A DNA stretch of 64,000 bases from Patescibacteria group bacterium (GTDB taxonomy: Bacteria; Patescibacteriota; Patescibacteriia; UBA10025; JAHIVO01), in contig JAHIVO010000061.1 of assembly GCA_018816445.1 (NCBI GenBank), positions 305 through 64,304 on the forward strand, given 5' to 3'. Both the position numbers and the translations under genes were made by a program. Numbering within the stretch: the first letter of the stretch is position 1; every line of letters begins with the position of its first letter. This document shows, piece after piece, positions 54,458 through 64,000 of this stretch. The notes below the pieces were generated by a model. It made no database searches. It was not told where the DNA came from and worked only from the letters and a program-made list of their open reading frames with translations.

Positions 54458-56671
54458 ATGTGGCGGAAATTTTTATTTAGAAAAAAAACATTTGAAGTGC
54501 CTGACCAAAAACAGGATTCTTTTATTAAGGTAGCGCGCTGGCTGATAATAGCTGTTGTCTTCCTGACGCCAATTTTTTTCCTGCCGATTAGTTCTGATCC
54601 TTTTGAATTGAATAAGGTTTTCTTGTTCAATATTATTATTTTGGTATCTGCCTTGTGCTACCTAATTTCTGAATTTAGAAAAAGAGAGGTTATGTTTTTT
54701 TCCGGGCCATGGCAATGGTGGATGGCAGGATATTGCTTTTTTTATTTATTATCGTTTTTTCTTTCTAAAAGCTATTACCAGAGTGCCGTTGGCGTGAGCG
54801 GTTATTTCAGTGCCAGTATAATCAGTGCGTTTTGTTTTGCTATATTTTTCTATTTAATAATTAAATTATTCCGTACGAGGCGAATAATTTATTATCTGCT
54901 AGGATCACTGCTGGCCTCTTCCTTTGTAATAATAATACTAAATTTATTTCAGCTATTTGAGGTTTATTTGCTGCCTTGGGACATGACCAAGAATGCAAAT
55001 TTTAACCTGCTGGCCAACTCATCAACTACCTTAGCGGTTTTTTGCGCGACGACTTTGTTTATCGGCTTTGGGCTGTTTCTATTTACTAAGATCCGCTGGC
55101 AAAAAATTGTTCTGGGAGTGTATCTGCTGGCGGCGCTGGCATTATTATTCTTTATTGACAAGGAAATCGCTTTTTATCCTTTAGCCCTTGTGTTATTTGC
55201 CTGGTTGATATTTATCAGCCTGAAAGCCAAACAATTTTCCAACTGGTGGGTTATTTTACCTACCTTAATTTTATTAATTGTGGTGGTTTTTATTTTTATT
55301 AATGGTTCAGCCTTGTTAAAGAATCCGGTCAGTGAAAGCATATTCCTGGATAATGAAACGTCTTTATCAATAACCTGGCAAAGCATACTGAAGTCGCCAT
55401 TATGGGGTTCTGGACCGCAGACCTTTAGTTATGATTTCGCAACTTATCGGCCGGTTGAATTCAATGATTCTGCATTTTGGAGCTTAAGGTTCATCAAAGC
55501 TTCCAATGAGTGGTTTACCCAAGCCGCTACCCTGGGTCTAGCTACCGGCCTGGCCATGCTCGGCTTGGTACTCTGGGTATTAGTAAAAAGTGTGAATAAG
55601 ATTGTCACTGCCAAAGGCGATGAGAAAGACTGGGTATTGGGCTTAATCATATTACTGGCCTGGTTCATGATTTTTGTAACTAGCTTAATGATGCCCTTTA
55701 ATTTTATTTTATTTTTATTGGATTGGCTGTTATTAGCATTAGCGGCCAGGATATTCGTTGTTAACCGCGATAAGATAAAAGTTTTCAAGCTAAATAAAAA
55801 CACGGCCGTGAGATTAGTTATTATGGGCGGCCTGGCTTTAATGTCAATAAGTATAGTCTTATTGTTTTTATTCGGCGGCCGGGTGTGGCTGGCTGATTAC
55901 TATACTCAGCAGGCGCAATCCGGCATTGCTGCCAAGCAGGAGTTTAAAGATATTGAAAAGAATTTAATCAGGTCTACGGAATTAAATCCATATGAGATTC
56001 AGCCCTATATTACCTTGGCTCAAGGGTATGCTACGCAGGCGCAACTAGCTGCCCTGGAAGGCGAAACACAAACCGTGCCTGCCCAGCAATATACCCAGCA
56101 GGCCTTAGACACATTAAAATCATTAAAAGAAAAACAACCTGACAATCCAATAATATATCGGCAGGAGGCTCTGTTGTATGAATCATTGCGTAGTTTAGTT
56201 GGTAATGTGGATGAATTAGCAGAAAAAGCTTATACCAGGATTGTTGAGCTGGAGCCGAATGACGCCCTGGCACGTTTTAACTTGGGGCGCACTAGGCTGT
56301 TTTACGGCCAGACGCTGTTAGCCAGTAATCCGGAACTGGCACAGGAAATATTAATTAAGGCAATAAGCGATTTCCGGCAAGCTGCTGAATTAAAGACAGA
56401 TTACCACGCCGCCTTGTTGAATACGGGATATGCGTATGAAGCTTTGGGCGACCCGCAGGCCGCCCTGACTAATTACACCACACTGGCACCTGATGAATCA
56501 GTAGATTCAGAAATCAGGGCAGAAGCGTACTGGCGGCAGGGCAATATTTATGAAGCACTGGAGCAAACGGATTTAGCTATTAGTGCTTATGAGGCTATAT
56601 TGTTATTAAGTCCTGAAAATCAGGTAGTTAATGAAAAATTAAATCAGCTGCGGGTTCCGGCAGAAGAATAA
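54458..56671 (+). CDS. Polytopic membrane protein (O-antigen ligase-like) with C-terminal TPRs
   Basis: About 12 TM segments, PLWGSGPQTF loop, TPR-like tail. Confidence 0.75.
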   Translation: MWRKFLFRKKTFEVPDQKQDSFIKVARWLIIAVVFLTPIFFLPISSDPFELNKVFLFNIIILVSALCYLISEFRKREVMFFSGPWQWWMAGYCFFYLLSFFLSKSYYQSAVGVSGYFSASIISAFCFAIFFYLIIKLFRTRRIIYYLLGSLLASSFVIIILNLFQLFEVYLLPWDMTKNANFNLLANSSTTLAVFCATTLFIGFGLFLFTKIRWQKIVLGVYLLAALALLFFIDKEIAFYPLALVLFAWLIFISLKAKQFSNWWVILPTLILLIVVVFIFINGSALLKNPVSESIFLDNETSLSITWQSILKSPLWGSGPQTFSYDFATYRPVEFNDSAFWSLRFIKASNEWFTQAATLGLATGLAMLGLVLWVLVKSVNKIVTAKGDEKDWVLGLIILLAWFMIFVTSLMMPFNFILFLLDWLLLALAARIFVVNRDKIKVFKLNKNTAVRLVIMGGLALMSISIVLLFLFGGRVWLADYYTQQAQSGIAAKQEFKDIEKNLIRSTELNPYEIQPYITLAQGYATQAQLAALEGETQTVPAQQYTQQALDTLKSLKEKQPDNPIIYRQEALLYESLRSLVGNVDELAEKAYTRIVELEPNDALARFNLGRTRLFYGQTLLASNPELAQEILIKAISDFRQAAELKTDYHAALLNTGYAYEALGDPQAALTNYTTLAPDESVDSEIRAEAYWRQGNIYEALEQTDLAISAYEAILLLSPENQVVNEKLNQLRVPAEE

Positions 56672-56959
56672 TAAAGTAAATAATAAATATTGGGGAATAC
56701 CTATATTTAGCTTATTTTTGTTGATTAATTTGACAATTATTTAAATATGTGTCATTAATAAGGCATGTACATTGAGAAGAGATATTTTTTCGTTTTTACC
56801 TATTAGCAGGTAATTCTTATCACATTTATACTATTTTACGAAAGGAGGGAGTATTTTTCGTTTACGCATAATTATGTGATAAGTATCTTTGAGTATGCAT
56901 TTGGTAAAATGCGAAAAGTGTCGACATGGAGTTAACCTTTTCTAGAAGAGGAGTACAGT

Positions 56960-57580
56960 ATGTCAAAGAAGTTGTTTTTCTTCGCTGTATTCATTCTCGC
57001 TCTTGCAGTTCTGACAAGCACAGCGTGTTCGTACTCATTGATGGGGCATTCGAGCGCCATCAACCCGAACGGTGAGCAGCAGATCACGAGCGAGAAGGCG
57101 ATTCTGGCAAATTTGCATAACCCGATGACCCAGAACTATCCGAATCCGTTTAACTATGCTGATGGTATTAACTCGGCGTGGATGATCAACGTCCAAAACT
57201 TGCCTTCCGCGAGTATCGAGAACAATGCCAATGTGACGGACGAGGAGAATACCCCCACGTATCCTGATAGGGAAATGTGGGGTGGCGATACCGGTTTACG
57301 GCGTTCGAGTGAGGTTTCGATGCCCAATAAAGCGATGATCGCCGACGATTCCGAGGATAACTCGCTGGCCAAGCTAGCACCATTTGCGACGCCAGTTGGT
57401 ATCTACAACGTTTCTGGGAATTCAATGTTTGACGGCTCCGGTAGTGGACCGATGGCAGTAGTTGACGAAGAGAATAGTCGCGGCGACCCACACTCTGTTT
57501 TACAGTGTGAGAATCCGAATATTATGGCCACCGGTATCGCGAATCTGACTACGACGACGGCCAGCACCTGCCACGCTTGA
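56960..57580 (+). CDS. Hypothetical secreted/lipoprotein
   Basis: GAGGAG RBS, signal peptide ending STAC, terminator at 57605-57637. Confidence 0.6.
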   Translation: MSKKLFFFAVFILALAVLTSTACSYSLMGHSSAINPNGEQQITSEKAILANLHNPMTQNYPNPFNYADGINSAWMINVQNLPSASIENNANVTDEENTPTYPDREMWGGDTGLRRSSEVSMPNKAMIADDSEDNSLAKLAPFATPVGIYNVSGNSMFDGSGSGPMAVVDEENSRGDPHSVLQCENPNIMATGIANLTTTTASTCHA

Positions 57581-57737
57581 CGGGAAATGGTCGTGAATTC
57601 TACAAGCCCCTGCTGTTTTACAGCTGGGGCTTTTTTTAATACAGACAAGCTCACCCGCGGAGAGGTGAGCTTGGGGTTTGGAAGTTGGATCCGCACGCTG
57701 GAGAGCGTTTATTCCGCACCCTAGAAAGGGTGCGGTG

Positions 57738-60164
57738 TTAGTGTTCTTCTATGTAGTGGTTAATAAGCCCGCGGCTGTTGCCTAGGGCATCAAGTAATTC
57801 CTGTTCTTGTTCTTCGGTAAAGCTATAATATGGTTTTAGAATTTCTGATTGGTTGGCAAACAGCATAGCCAGATTTTCAATAGGATTAAACTTGGCATAA
57901 TATTCCAGATCAGAAAATTCCAAAATAGGATGGTCATCTGTATGCAGATCTTTACCATAAACCAGATCACCAACATCTTCTTCTCCTAACAGCAGGGTAG
58001 CACTTAGGTCATAAGCATTATTTATGGCAATGCTCTGTAGGTCGGTAGCCACAGGTTCTATTTTAGCAGCCAGTGTATTGATATCAATAACCAATTTTTC
58101 TGGAGTACCGATAAATACCAAGAAGCCAGTTGGTTCTGGGTAATAATACCAAATAGTAGTATGCGGGAAAATTGATTTAAAGCTGGCAATCAATATGGTT
58201 AGGTCATCAGGGGAAATACCGCCTAAAGGCGCCCAGGCAGCAGCTACGCCACGGGGAGTTAACTGGTCTTTCATTATCTGGAAATAGTCAGTGGTGTATA
58301 AATACGGATTATTTTTATACTTCAGGTTAGTAACATCAGTAACAATAGTATCAAATTTCTGATCAGTATTTTTTAAATAATTTCGCGCATCATCAATAAC
58401 TATGTCAACGTTAGATTTTGTATCAGCGCGGTGATTAACATCGCTAAATTGGTCTTTTGCTGCTTCGACAACTTGCTGTTCAATTTCCAAAGCGGTTACT
58501 TGTGCATCATAAAGTGACATACTATAAGTAGTAATGCCAGAACCATAGCCGATGGTGGAAATTTGTTCTGGGCTATCAGTTAATAAAACAGGCAGATGAG
58601 CAAGAATTTTAGCATCAATTATTCCGGTTAAATAAGTACCAGCCACGGTCTGACTGTCTACATTAAGGTATTTATTTTGTGAGTCACCAATTGTTTCACC
58701 ATGTACAGTGATGGTGGCTGATAGCCCTTCCGCATAAAACAATTGTTCGTTATCAGCCGGCGAGCGGTAAAAAGTCGGGCCGGTAAAAAATATTATCAAA
58801 ATAGTGATTACAATTGAAGTAATTGAAAAAGTTATCAACTTTTTATTATTTCGTAATTTTATTAAAAAATAAATACCGATCAGCAGGCACATGGCAATTA
58901 GTATGATGGCTGTGTTTTTAATACCCGCGAAAGGTATCAAGACAAATCCGGCTGCCAAACTGCCCGCTATCATACCCAGGGAGTTGATAAAATATGCCCG
59001 GCCGGTTTTTTTCCCGATTAGGTTTTTATTGCCGGCATAAAGGCGGACACCCAGCGGAAAAAAGGTACCCAGTACAATGGCAATTATAAATGACAAACCA
59101 AAGCCGATCCATGATTCTGAAAGAAGTACGAAATAACTGCCAAACTGGTCTGATAATATACTCTGTAAACGACTAAAAATAAAAAGTATGATAGCGCTAA
59201 GCAATCCAGCCATGACAGCATATACAGAAAAATGCCAGGTCATGTTTTTCATTCGGTCAATTACCCTGGAAATATAAATACTGCCTATGACAAAGCCAAT
59301 TAAAAAACCGCCCAGTATTAAAGTAGAAGCTAGGGTTGTGCCTGAACCGAAATTTGTCAGTACCCTAATCCACAGCACTTCCAGGCCAAGGGTTATAAAC
59401 CCGGTTAAAAAAAGTATCGGCAGCATACATTTATTTGGTTTAAAATTTTTTTCATCAGCACTATCTATAATTTCGTGTTGGTCAATGTCATTTGGCCGGA
59501 TATTTTTCTTTGCTAACAGTACAATTATGGCAAAAATCATCAGATTAATGATTACCGCTGTGGCAAAGGTTATGATTGTGCCAAAAAACCTGACCAGCAG
59601 TAAGCCGGTTAACATAGCACCACAGAAAGCGCCTAGAGTGTTCAGATAGTATATAACGCTGAATTGGGAGCCCAGTTTTTTATTGCTCTTCACCAGACAT
59701 TTTGTAACTACGGGGACAGTGCCGCCCATAGCAATAGTTGGGGCTATTAGTATAACTGCAGCTATTACCAGTCTAATGATTGACTGCCCATAAAAACCAA
59801 ATTGGTTATAGCTGGTTGACATGATTTGGTCAAAAAACGAGGTATACTGCAGGATAATAAATATTGAGGCTGATAATAAGCCAATACTAAGTTCTAGCCA
59901 GGCGTAGAGTTTAAGAATGTTTTTTGTTTTTTCTGATTTTTTGCCAAAAAATATACTGCCCAAACCTAAGCCAAGCAAGAAAATTGCAAAGACCGTGGCT
60001 ACAGCACAACTACTGACCCCGAAAGTAAGGTTCAATAGGCGGATCCAGACAAGCTCATAGATCAGGGCGGCTAAGCCTGAAAAAAAGATTAAGGCATACA
60101 ATAAATTACGGCTGGCGAGCCAGCCAGCAGTGTTTATTTTTTGTTCGTTTTGTATTTTTTCCAT
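57738..60164 (-). CDS. Fused membrane domain/spermidine synthase-like protein
   Basis: FFSGLAALIYELVW, YYLNTLGA, IGYGSG, EIE, DDARNYL, LYTTDYF. Confidence 0.9.
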   Translation of the reverse strand: MEKIQNEQKINTAGWLASRNLLYALIFFSGLAALIYELVWIRLLNLTFGVSSCAVATVFAIFLLGLGLGSIFFGKKSEKTKNILKLYAWLELSIGLLSASIFIILQYTSFFDQIMSTSYNQFGFYGQSIIRLVIAAVILIAPTIAMGGTVPVVTKCLVKSNKKLGSQFSVIYYLNTLGAFCGAMLTGLLLVRFFGTIITFATAVIINLMIFAIIVLLAKKNIRPNDIDQHEIIDSADEKNFKPNKCMLPILFLTGFITLGLEVLWIRVLTNFGSGTTLASTLILGGFLIGFVIGSIYISRVIDRMKNMTWHFSVYAVMAGLLSAIILFIFSRLQSILSDQFGSYFVLLSESWIGFGLSFIIAIVLGTFFPLGVRLYAGNKNLIGKKTGRAYFINSLGMIAGSLAAGFVLIPFAGIKNTAIILIAMCLLIGIYFLIKLRNNKKLITFSITSIVITILIIFFTGPTFYRSPADNEQLFYAEGLSATITVHGETIGDSQNKYLNVDSQTVAGTYLTGIIDAKILAHLPVLLTDSPEQISTIGYGSGITTYSMSLYDAQVTALEIEQQVVEAAKDQFSDVNHRADTKSNVDIVIDDARNYLKNTDQKFDTIVTDVTNLKYKNNPYLYTTDYFQIMKDQLTPRGVAAAWAPLGGISPDDLTILIASFKSIFPHTTIWYYYPEPTGFLVFIGTPEKLVIDINTLAAKIEPVATDLQSIAINNAYDLSATLLLGEEDVGDLVYGKDLHTDDHPILEFSDLEYYAKFNPIENLAMLFANQSEILKPYYSFTEEQEQELLDALGNSRGLINHYIEEH

Positions 60165-60187
60165 TAACTGTATTATATAGGCTGAAG

Positions 60188-60700
60188 CTATTTTTCGCCA
60201 GCCTGGGAAAATTTACATGCCTTATTTGAGCAGCGAATTTTATTGTTGGCAGTAATGGTTAAAAGCGAATTACAGTCAGAGCACTTTTCTCCGGTAGGTT
60301 TTTGCCATAGTGCAAATTTGCACTCAGGATATTTATTGCATGAATAGAAAATCCGGCCCTGACGAGAACGCTTGGCTACTATGTCGCCCTGCTTGCATTT
60401 CGGACAGGCAACGCCGGTTGATTGTTCAATATTCTTGATATTCCTGCAGTCAGGATAACCACTGCAGGCGATAAAAGGGCCATAACGGCCGTTTTTTTCA
60501 ACCATTGCTGAGCCGCATTTTTCACATTTTTCATTAGTAGGTTTTACTGCTGGAGGTTTATTGAAGTTTCCGTTGTCATTTAGGGGTTTAGTCGTTTTAC
60601 AATCCGGATAACCAGAGCAAGCAAAAAACTGGCCAAAACGACCTTCCTTGATGTTCATGGTGGAGCCGCATTTGGGGCAAATTTCGTTGTTTTCAGTCAT
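60188..60700 (-). CDS. Stand-alone topoisomerase I C4 zinc-ribbon protein
   Basis: Repeated CxxC...GRF/YG.F..CS.YP.C units. Confidence 0.85.
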   Translation of the reverse strand: MTENNEICPKCGSTMNIKEGRFGQFFACSGYPDCKTTKPLNDNGNFNKPPAVKPTNEKCEKCGSAMVEKNGRYGPFIACSGYPDCRNIKNIEQSTGVACPKCKQGDIVAKRSRQGRIFYSCNKYPECKFALWQKPTGEKCSDCNSLLTITANNKIRCSNKACKFSQAGEK

Positions 60701-60755
60701 ATGCTTTTATTCCACATCCTAGAAAGGATGCTTTTCGCATGCTGGAGAGCATGCG

Positions 60756-62957
60756 TTACTTTAGTTTATGCGGATTATGGTTAGGGCAGGTTTTATCACT
60801 GCATCTTTCAGGAATGGTTTTGGTACCTTCCATCATCAGGGCGCCACAAGTTCCACTCTCCCTGACGTAGTCGCAATTTTTTCCAGTCGGTTTAGCTTTA
60901 ATCGCGTATTTGCATTTTGGATATTCAGAGCAGCTGTAAAACAGTCCAAAACGACCCCGGCGTTCAACCAGTTCTCCTTTTTTGCATTCTGTACATTTAA
61001 TGCCGGTTGAATTTTGATTATTTTCGCTATTTTTTATATGTTTGCATTTCGGATAATTTGAACACGAAATAAATTTTCCAAACCGCCCTTCCCTTTCTAC
61101 TAATTTTCCATCTTTGCAATCCGGGCACTTTTCTCCAGTTTCTTTCGGTCCTTCCAATTCTATACCCTCAATAGTCCTGGCGCCGACACAGTCGGGGAAC
61201 TTAGCGCAACTTAGAAATTTTCCAGAACGTCCTAGTTTGATAACCATTTTTAATCCGCATTTAGGGCATTTGATGTTTTTATCAGCCTCGCCAAGAGTAG
61301 TAATTTTTTTAATATTTTCTTTGTCTTTTACGTCTTTGGAAAAAGGGCCATAAAAATCTTTTAGGGTTTTTAAATATTCCCTCTTACCGTTGGCGATTTC
61401 ATCAAGCTCATCTTCCAATTCGGCTGTAAAGGAATCGCTGATATACTTAGCAAAATTATTTTCCAGGAATTCGCTGACTACTTCACCCGTGTCAGTCGGA
61501 TGCAGTGACCTGTTTTCTCGTTCAACATAACCTCGATCAACAATAGTCTTGATAATTGCAGCGTAAGTACTGGGTCGCCCAATACCTCGTTTTTCAAGTT
61601 CTTTAACTAGTCCAGCCTCAGAATAACGCGGTAAAGGCTGGGTTTGCTTTTCTTCAGAATTAATATCAATAAGAGTTAAGGGATCTTTGGCAGCAACTTT
61701 TGGCAGATCCACTTCTTTATTACGCGCGGCGGGATCAGCCAGCAGCCAGCCGGGGTAGGTAATTCGTGAACCATTAACAGAGAAGTCCGGAATTTTTTGC
61801 TTATTGATGGTGGCGATAATTTTAGTTTTTTTCAGTTGTGCATCAGCCATTTGCGAAGCCAGGGTCCTTTGCCTGATTAATGTATAAAGCCTTTTTTGTT
61901 CATCATTGTGGCCGGCAATTTGCTTGTATAGTTTAGTTGGCCGAATAGCTTCGTGAGCTTCTTGTGCGTTTTTGGAAGTGGTTTTGTAATTCTTAAGTTG
62001 CAGGTGCTCCTGGCCGTATTCTTTATTAATTACTGATGCTATTTGTGGAATTATTTCTTTACTAATATTAACACTATCCGTCCTCATATAAGTAATGTGT
62101 CCGGCTTCATATAGCCGCTGGGCAGTACGCATGGTGCGTGATGGCGCATAACCCAGGCGTGAACTGGCAGTCTGCTGCAGGGTTGAGGTGGTGAAAGGAG
62201 CTCGCGGCACGCGGGTCATTTTTGATTCTTTAACCTCAGCTACCTGCCATGGTTCCTTTTTCCCGGCTTGCAGTATTCCTTCAACGGTTTTTTTATCTTT
62301 CGGCTCTTTGTGGCAGGTGAATTTGATTTTATCTCCGGCTTTTGTTTTCAGGTCAGCGGTTATTGACCAATAGGTGACAGGTTTAAAAGCTTTAATTTCC
62401 CGTTCCCTTTCTACTAAGATTCTTAGGGCAGGTGACTGTACGCGGCCGGCTGATAAGCCGTACCTTACTTTTTTCCAGATTAGCCCGCTTAAATCATAAC
62501 CAACCAGCCGATCAAGCACGCGGCGTGCTTCCTGAGCCTTTCTGAGCGATTGGTCAATCAGCCGCGGATTTTTTATGGCCTCTTCAATGGCTGATTTAGT
62601 GATTTCATGAAAGACCACCCTTTTAATATCATATTGCTTGGGATTATCACCATTTTTTAAGATTTCTGCTATATGCCAGGCAATAGCTTCTCCTTCCCGG
62701 TCAGGGTCAGTAGCCAGGTAGATTTGATCTGCTTTGGTTGCTAGTTTTTTCAGTTCCTGGACAATTTTTTCTTTGCCTTTGGAAATTTCATAATGCGGGA
62801 CAAAACCCGCTTTAATGTCAATTGCTTTTTTATTGCTCTTCGGCAGATCTCGGATATGGCCTACGCTGGCTTTAACATCAAAAGGCAGACTGCTTAAGTA
62901 TTTAGAAACAGTTCTTGCTTTGGTGGGGGATTCAACTATAATTAAATTTTTCGCCAT
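60756..62957 (-). CDS. topA: DNA topoisomerase I
   Basis: IVESPTKA, ATDPDREGE, SAGRVQS, ITYMRTDS, QEAHEAIRPT, GIGRPSTY, Zn ribbons. Confidence 0.98.
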   Translation of the reverse strand: MAKNLIIVESPTKARTVSKYLSSLPFDVKASVGHIRDLPKSNKKAIDIKAGFVPHYEISKGKEKIVQELKKLATKADQIYLATDPDREGEAIAWHIAEILKNGDNPKQYDIKRVVFHEITKSAIEEAIKNPRLIDQSLRKAQEARRVLDRLVGYDLSGLIWKKVRYGLSAGRVQSPALRILVEREREIKAFKPVTYWSITADLKTKAGDKIKFTCHKEPKDKKTVEGILQAGKKEPWQVAEVKESKMTRVPRAPFTTSTLQQTASSRLGYAPSRTMRTAQRLYEAGHITYMRTDSVNISKEIIPQIASVINKEYGQEHLQLKNYKTTSKNAQEAHEAIRPTKLYKQIAGHNDEQKRLYTLIRQRTLASQMADAQLKKTKIIATINKQKIPDFSVNGSRITYPGWLLADPAARNKEVDLPKVAAKDPLTLIDINSEEKQTQPLPRYSEAGLVKELEKRGIGRPSTYAAIIKTIVDRGYVERENRSLHPTDTGEVVSEFLENNFAKYISDSFTAELEDELDEIANGKREYLKTLKDFYGPFSKDVKDKENIKKITTLGEADKNIKCPKCGLKMVIKLGRSGKFLSCAKFPDCVGARTIEGIELEGPKETGEKCPDCKDGKLVEREGRFGKFISCSNYPKCKHIKNSENNQNSTGIKCTECKKGELVERRGRFGLFYSCSEYPKCKYAIKAKPTGKNCDYVRESGTCGALMMEGTKTIPERCSDKTCPNHNPHKLK

Positions 62958-62975
62958 GAAATTAAGTTATTAATA

Positions 62976-64000
62976 CTAGTCTGAGAGAACGTAGTACGCT
63001 CCTCCTAAGTTTCTTACAAATCCTTTCATTTCCAGCATGGTCAGGCAGGAATTTACGATACTGCTTTTTAGTTTACTACTCTTAATTATTTCGTCAATAT
63101 GCAGGGCTTCAGATGATAAATATTCCAAAATTATTTTTTCTTCCTGAGAAGCAGGAATAATTTTTTTATTAGTTTTAAATTGCTGTGCCTGCTCAATGTT
63201 AAGCGCCTGTAAAATATCATTAGCACTAGTCACAACTGAAGCGCCCATTTTTATCAATTTGTTAGGGCCGCGGGAAGACTGGCTGAAAATGTTGCCCGGT
63301 ACGGCAAAAACCTCGCGATTCTGTTCCAGGGCGAAGTTTGCCGTGATAAGCGAACCCGAATCCTGGCCGCCTTCAATTACTAGGACGCCTTTTGACAGGC
63401 CGGAAATAATCCTGTTTCTGGCTGGAAAATGGTATTTTAGCGGCTGGGTGCCAGGAGGGTACTCAGAGATTAAAGCGCCTTTCTCCCTGAGAATTTTTTC
63501 AGATAATTGGCGGTTAGTAGCTGGATAAATGATATCCAGGCCGCAGCCCAATACTGCTATTGTTATACCGCCCGCTTCAAGTGCTGCCTGGTGAGCCAGG
63601 GCGTCAATTCCCAGGGCTAGCCCAGAGATGATTGTTAGTCCAGCCTTGCTTAGTTCTGATGTAATCTCTAAAACCGCTTGGCGGCCGTAGCTGCTTGTTT
63701 TTCTTGTACCTACCACGGCCAGAGAATATTCTGAATCTACAGGCCATTGTCCTTTAACATATAAAAGAGCGGGTGGTAAGTGGATTTGCTTTAACAGATG
63801 CGGATAATTTGCATGTTTTATAGTAATAACTTGAATATTATTTTCTGTCAAATCTTCCCAAAGCTTATCAGGATTAATACCTCCCCTTTTAGTAAATATT
63901 GTTTCAGCATCTTTATTTGTTAATCCCGCAGCATGCAATTCTGAATAACTGGCTCGCCAGGCGTTTTTCATGCTGGAAAAATGATTGTAAAGCATTTTAA
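62976..64000 (-). CDS. dprA: DNA-processing protein DprA (5' end outside the window)
   Basis: AVVGTRK, ISGLALGIDA, FPARNRIISGLS, SGSLITA, FAVPG. Confidence 0.95.
   Translation of the reverse strand, partial: KMLYNHFSSMKNAWRASYSELHAAGLTNKDAETIFTKRGGINPDKLWEDLTENNIQVITIKHANYPHLLKQIHLPPALLYVKGQWPVDSEYSLAVVGTRKTSSYGRQAVLEITSELSKAGLTIISGLALGIDALAHQAALEAGGITIAVLGCGLDIIYPATNRQLSEKILREKGALISEYPPGTQPLKYHFPARNRIISGLSKGVLVIEGGQDSGSLITANFALEQNREVFAVPGNIFSQSSRGPNKLIKMGASVVTSANDILQALNIEQAQQFKTNKKIIPASQEEKIILEYLSSEALHIDEIIKSSKLKSSIVNSCLTMLEMKGFVRNLGGAYYVLSD

Noticed and set aside
2805-63528. Numerous longer antisense ORFs (e.g. 2805-3353, 6277-6897, 12953-13441, 63196-63528)
   Set aside because: They lie opposite confidently identified genes and have no motifs or RBS

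Overview
AT-rich bacterial window using genetic code 11. Gene content and repeat style suggest Patescibacteria/CPR; this is an inference, not a placement. Housekeeping and stress genes (DEAD-box helicase, M32 peptidase, rlmN, corA, AMP phosphorylase, suf-sod-ferritin-dsbA-lgt, parAB, topA, dprA) surround two unusual tRNA loci. (1) At 10.4-11.1 kb, a sigma70 promoter and an Asn-rich leader peptide with attenuator-like folding precede a nested tRNA-Asn locus. There, an intact tRNA-Asn lies inside a hairpin in the D-loop of a second tRNA-Asn, which lies within further hairpin-interrupted tRNA-Asn shells. From the last 3' end runs a tandem array of four cassettes (11.1-28.3 kb), each closed by a ~54-bp att-like repeat, with no integrase in the window. 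The cassettes carry (i) membrane proteins, (ii) a complete diversity-generating retroelement (target/VR, TR, antisense avd, RT), (iii) an HATPase/STAS pair and (iv) a Ni/Fe/Zn homeostasis block. (2) At 51.2-52.7 kb, tRNA-Met, a GIY-YIG gene and tRNA-fMet precede a second three-layer nested locus, this time tRNA-Leu(CAA). The strongest candidates for undescribed biology are the nested tRNA architecture with its hairpin inserts, the tRNA-Asn attenuator and the integrase-less cassette array. All calls come from reading the sequence by eye; no searches were run.
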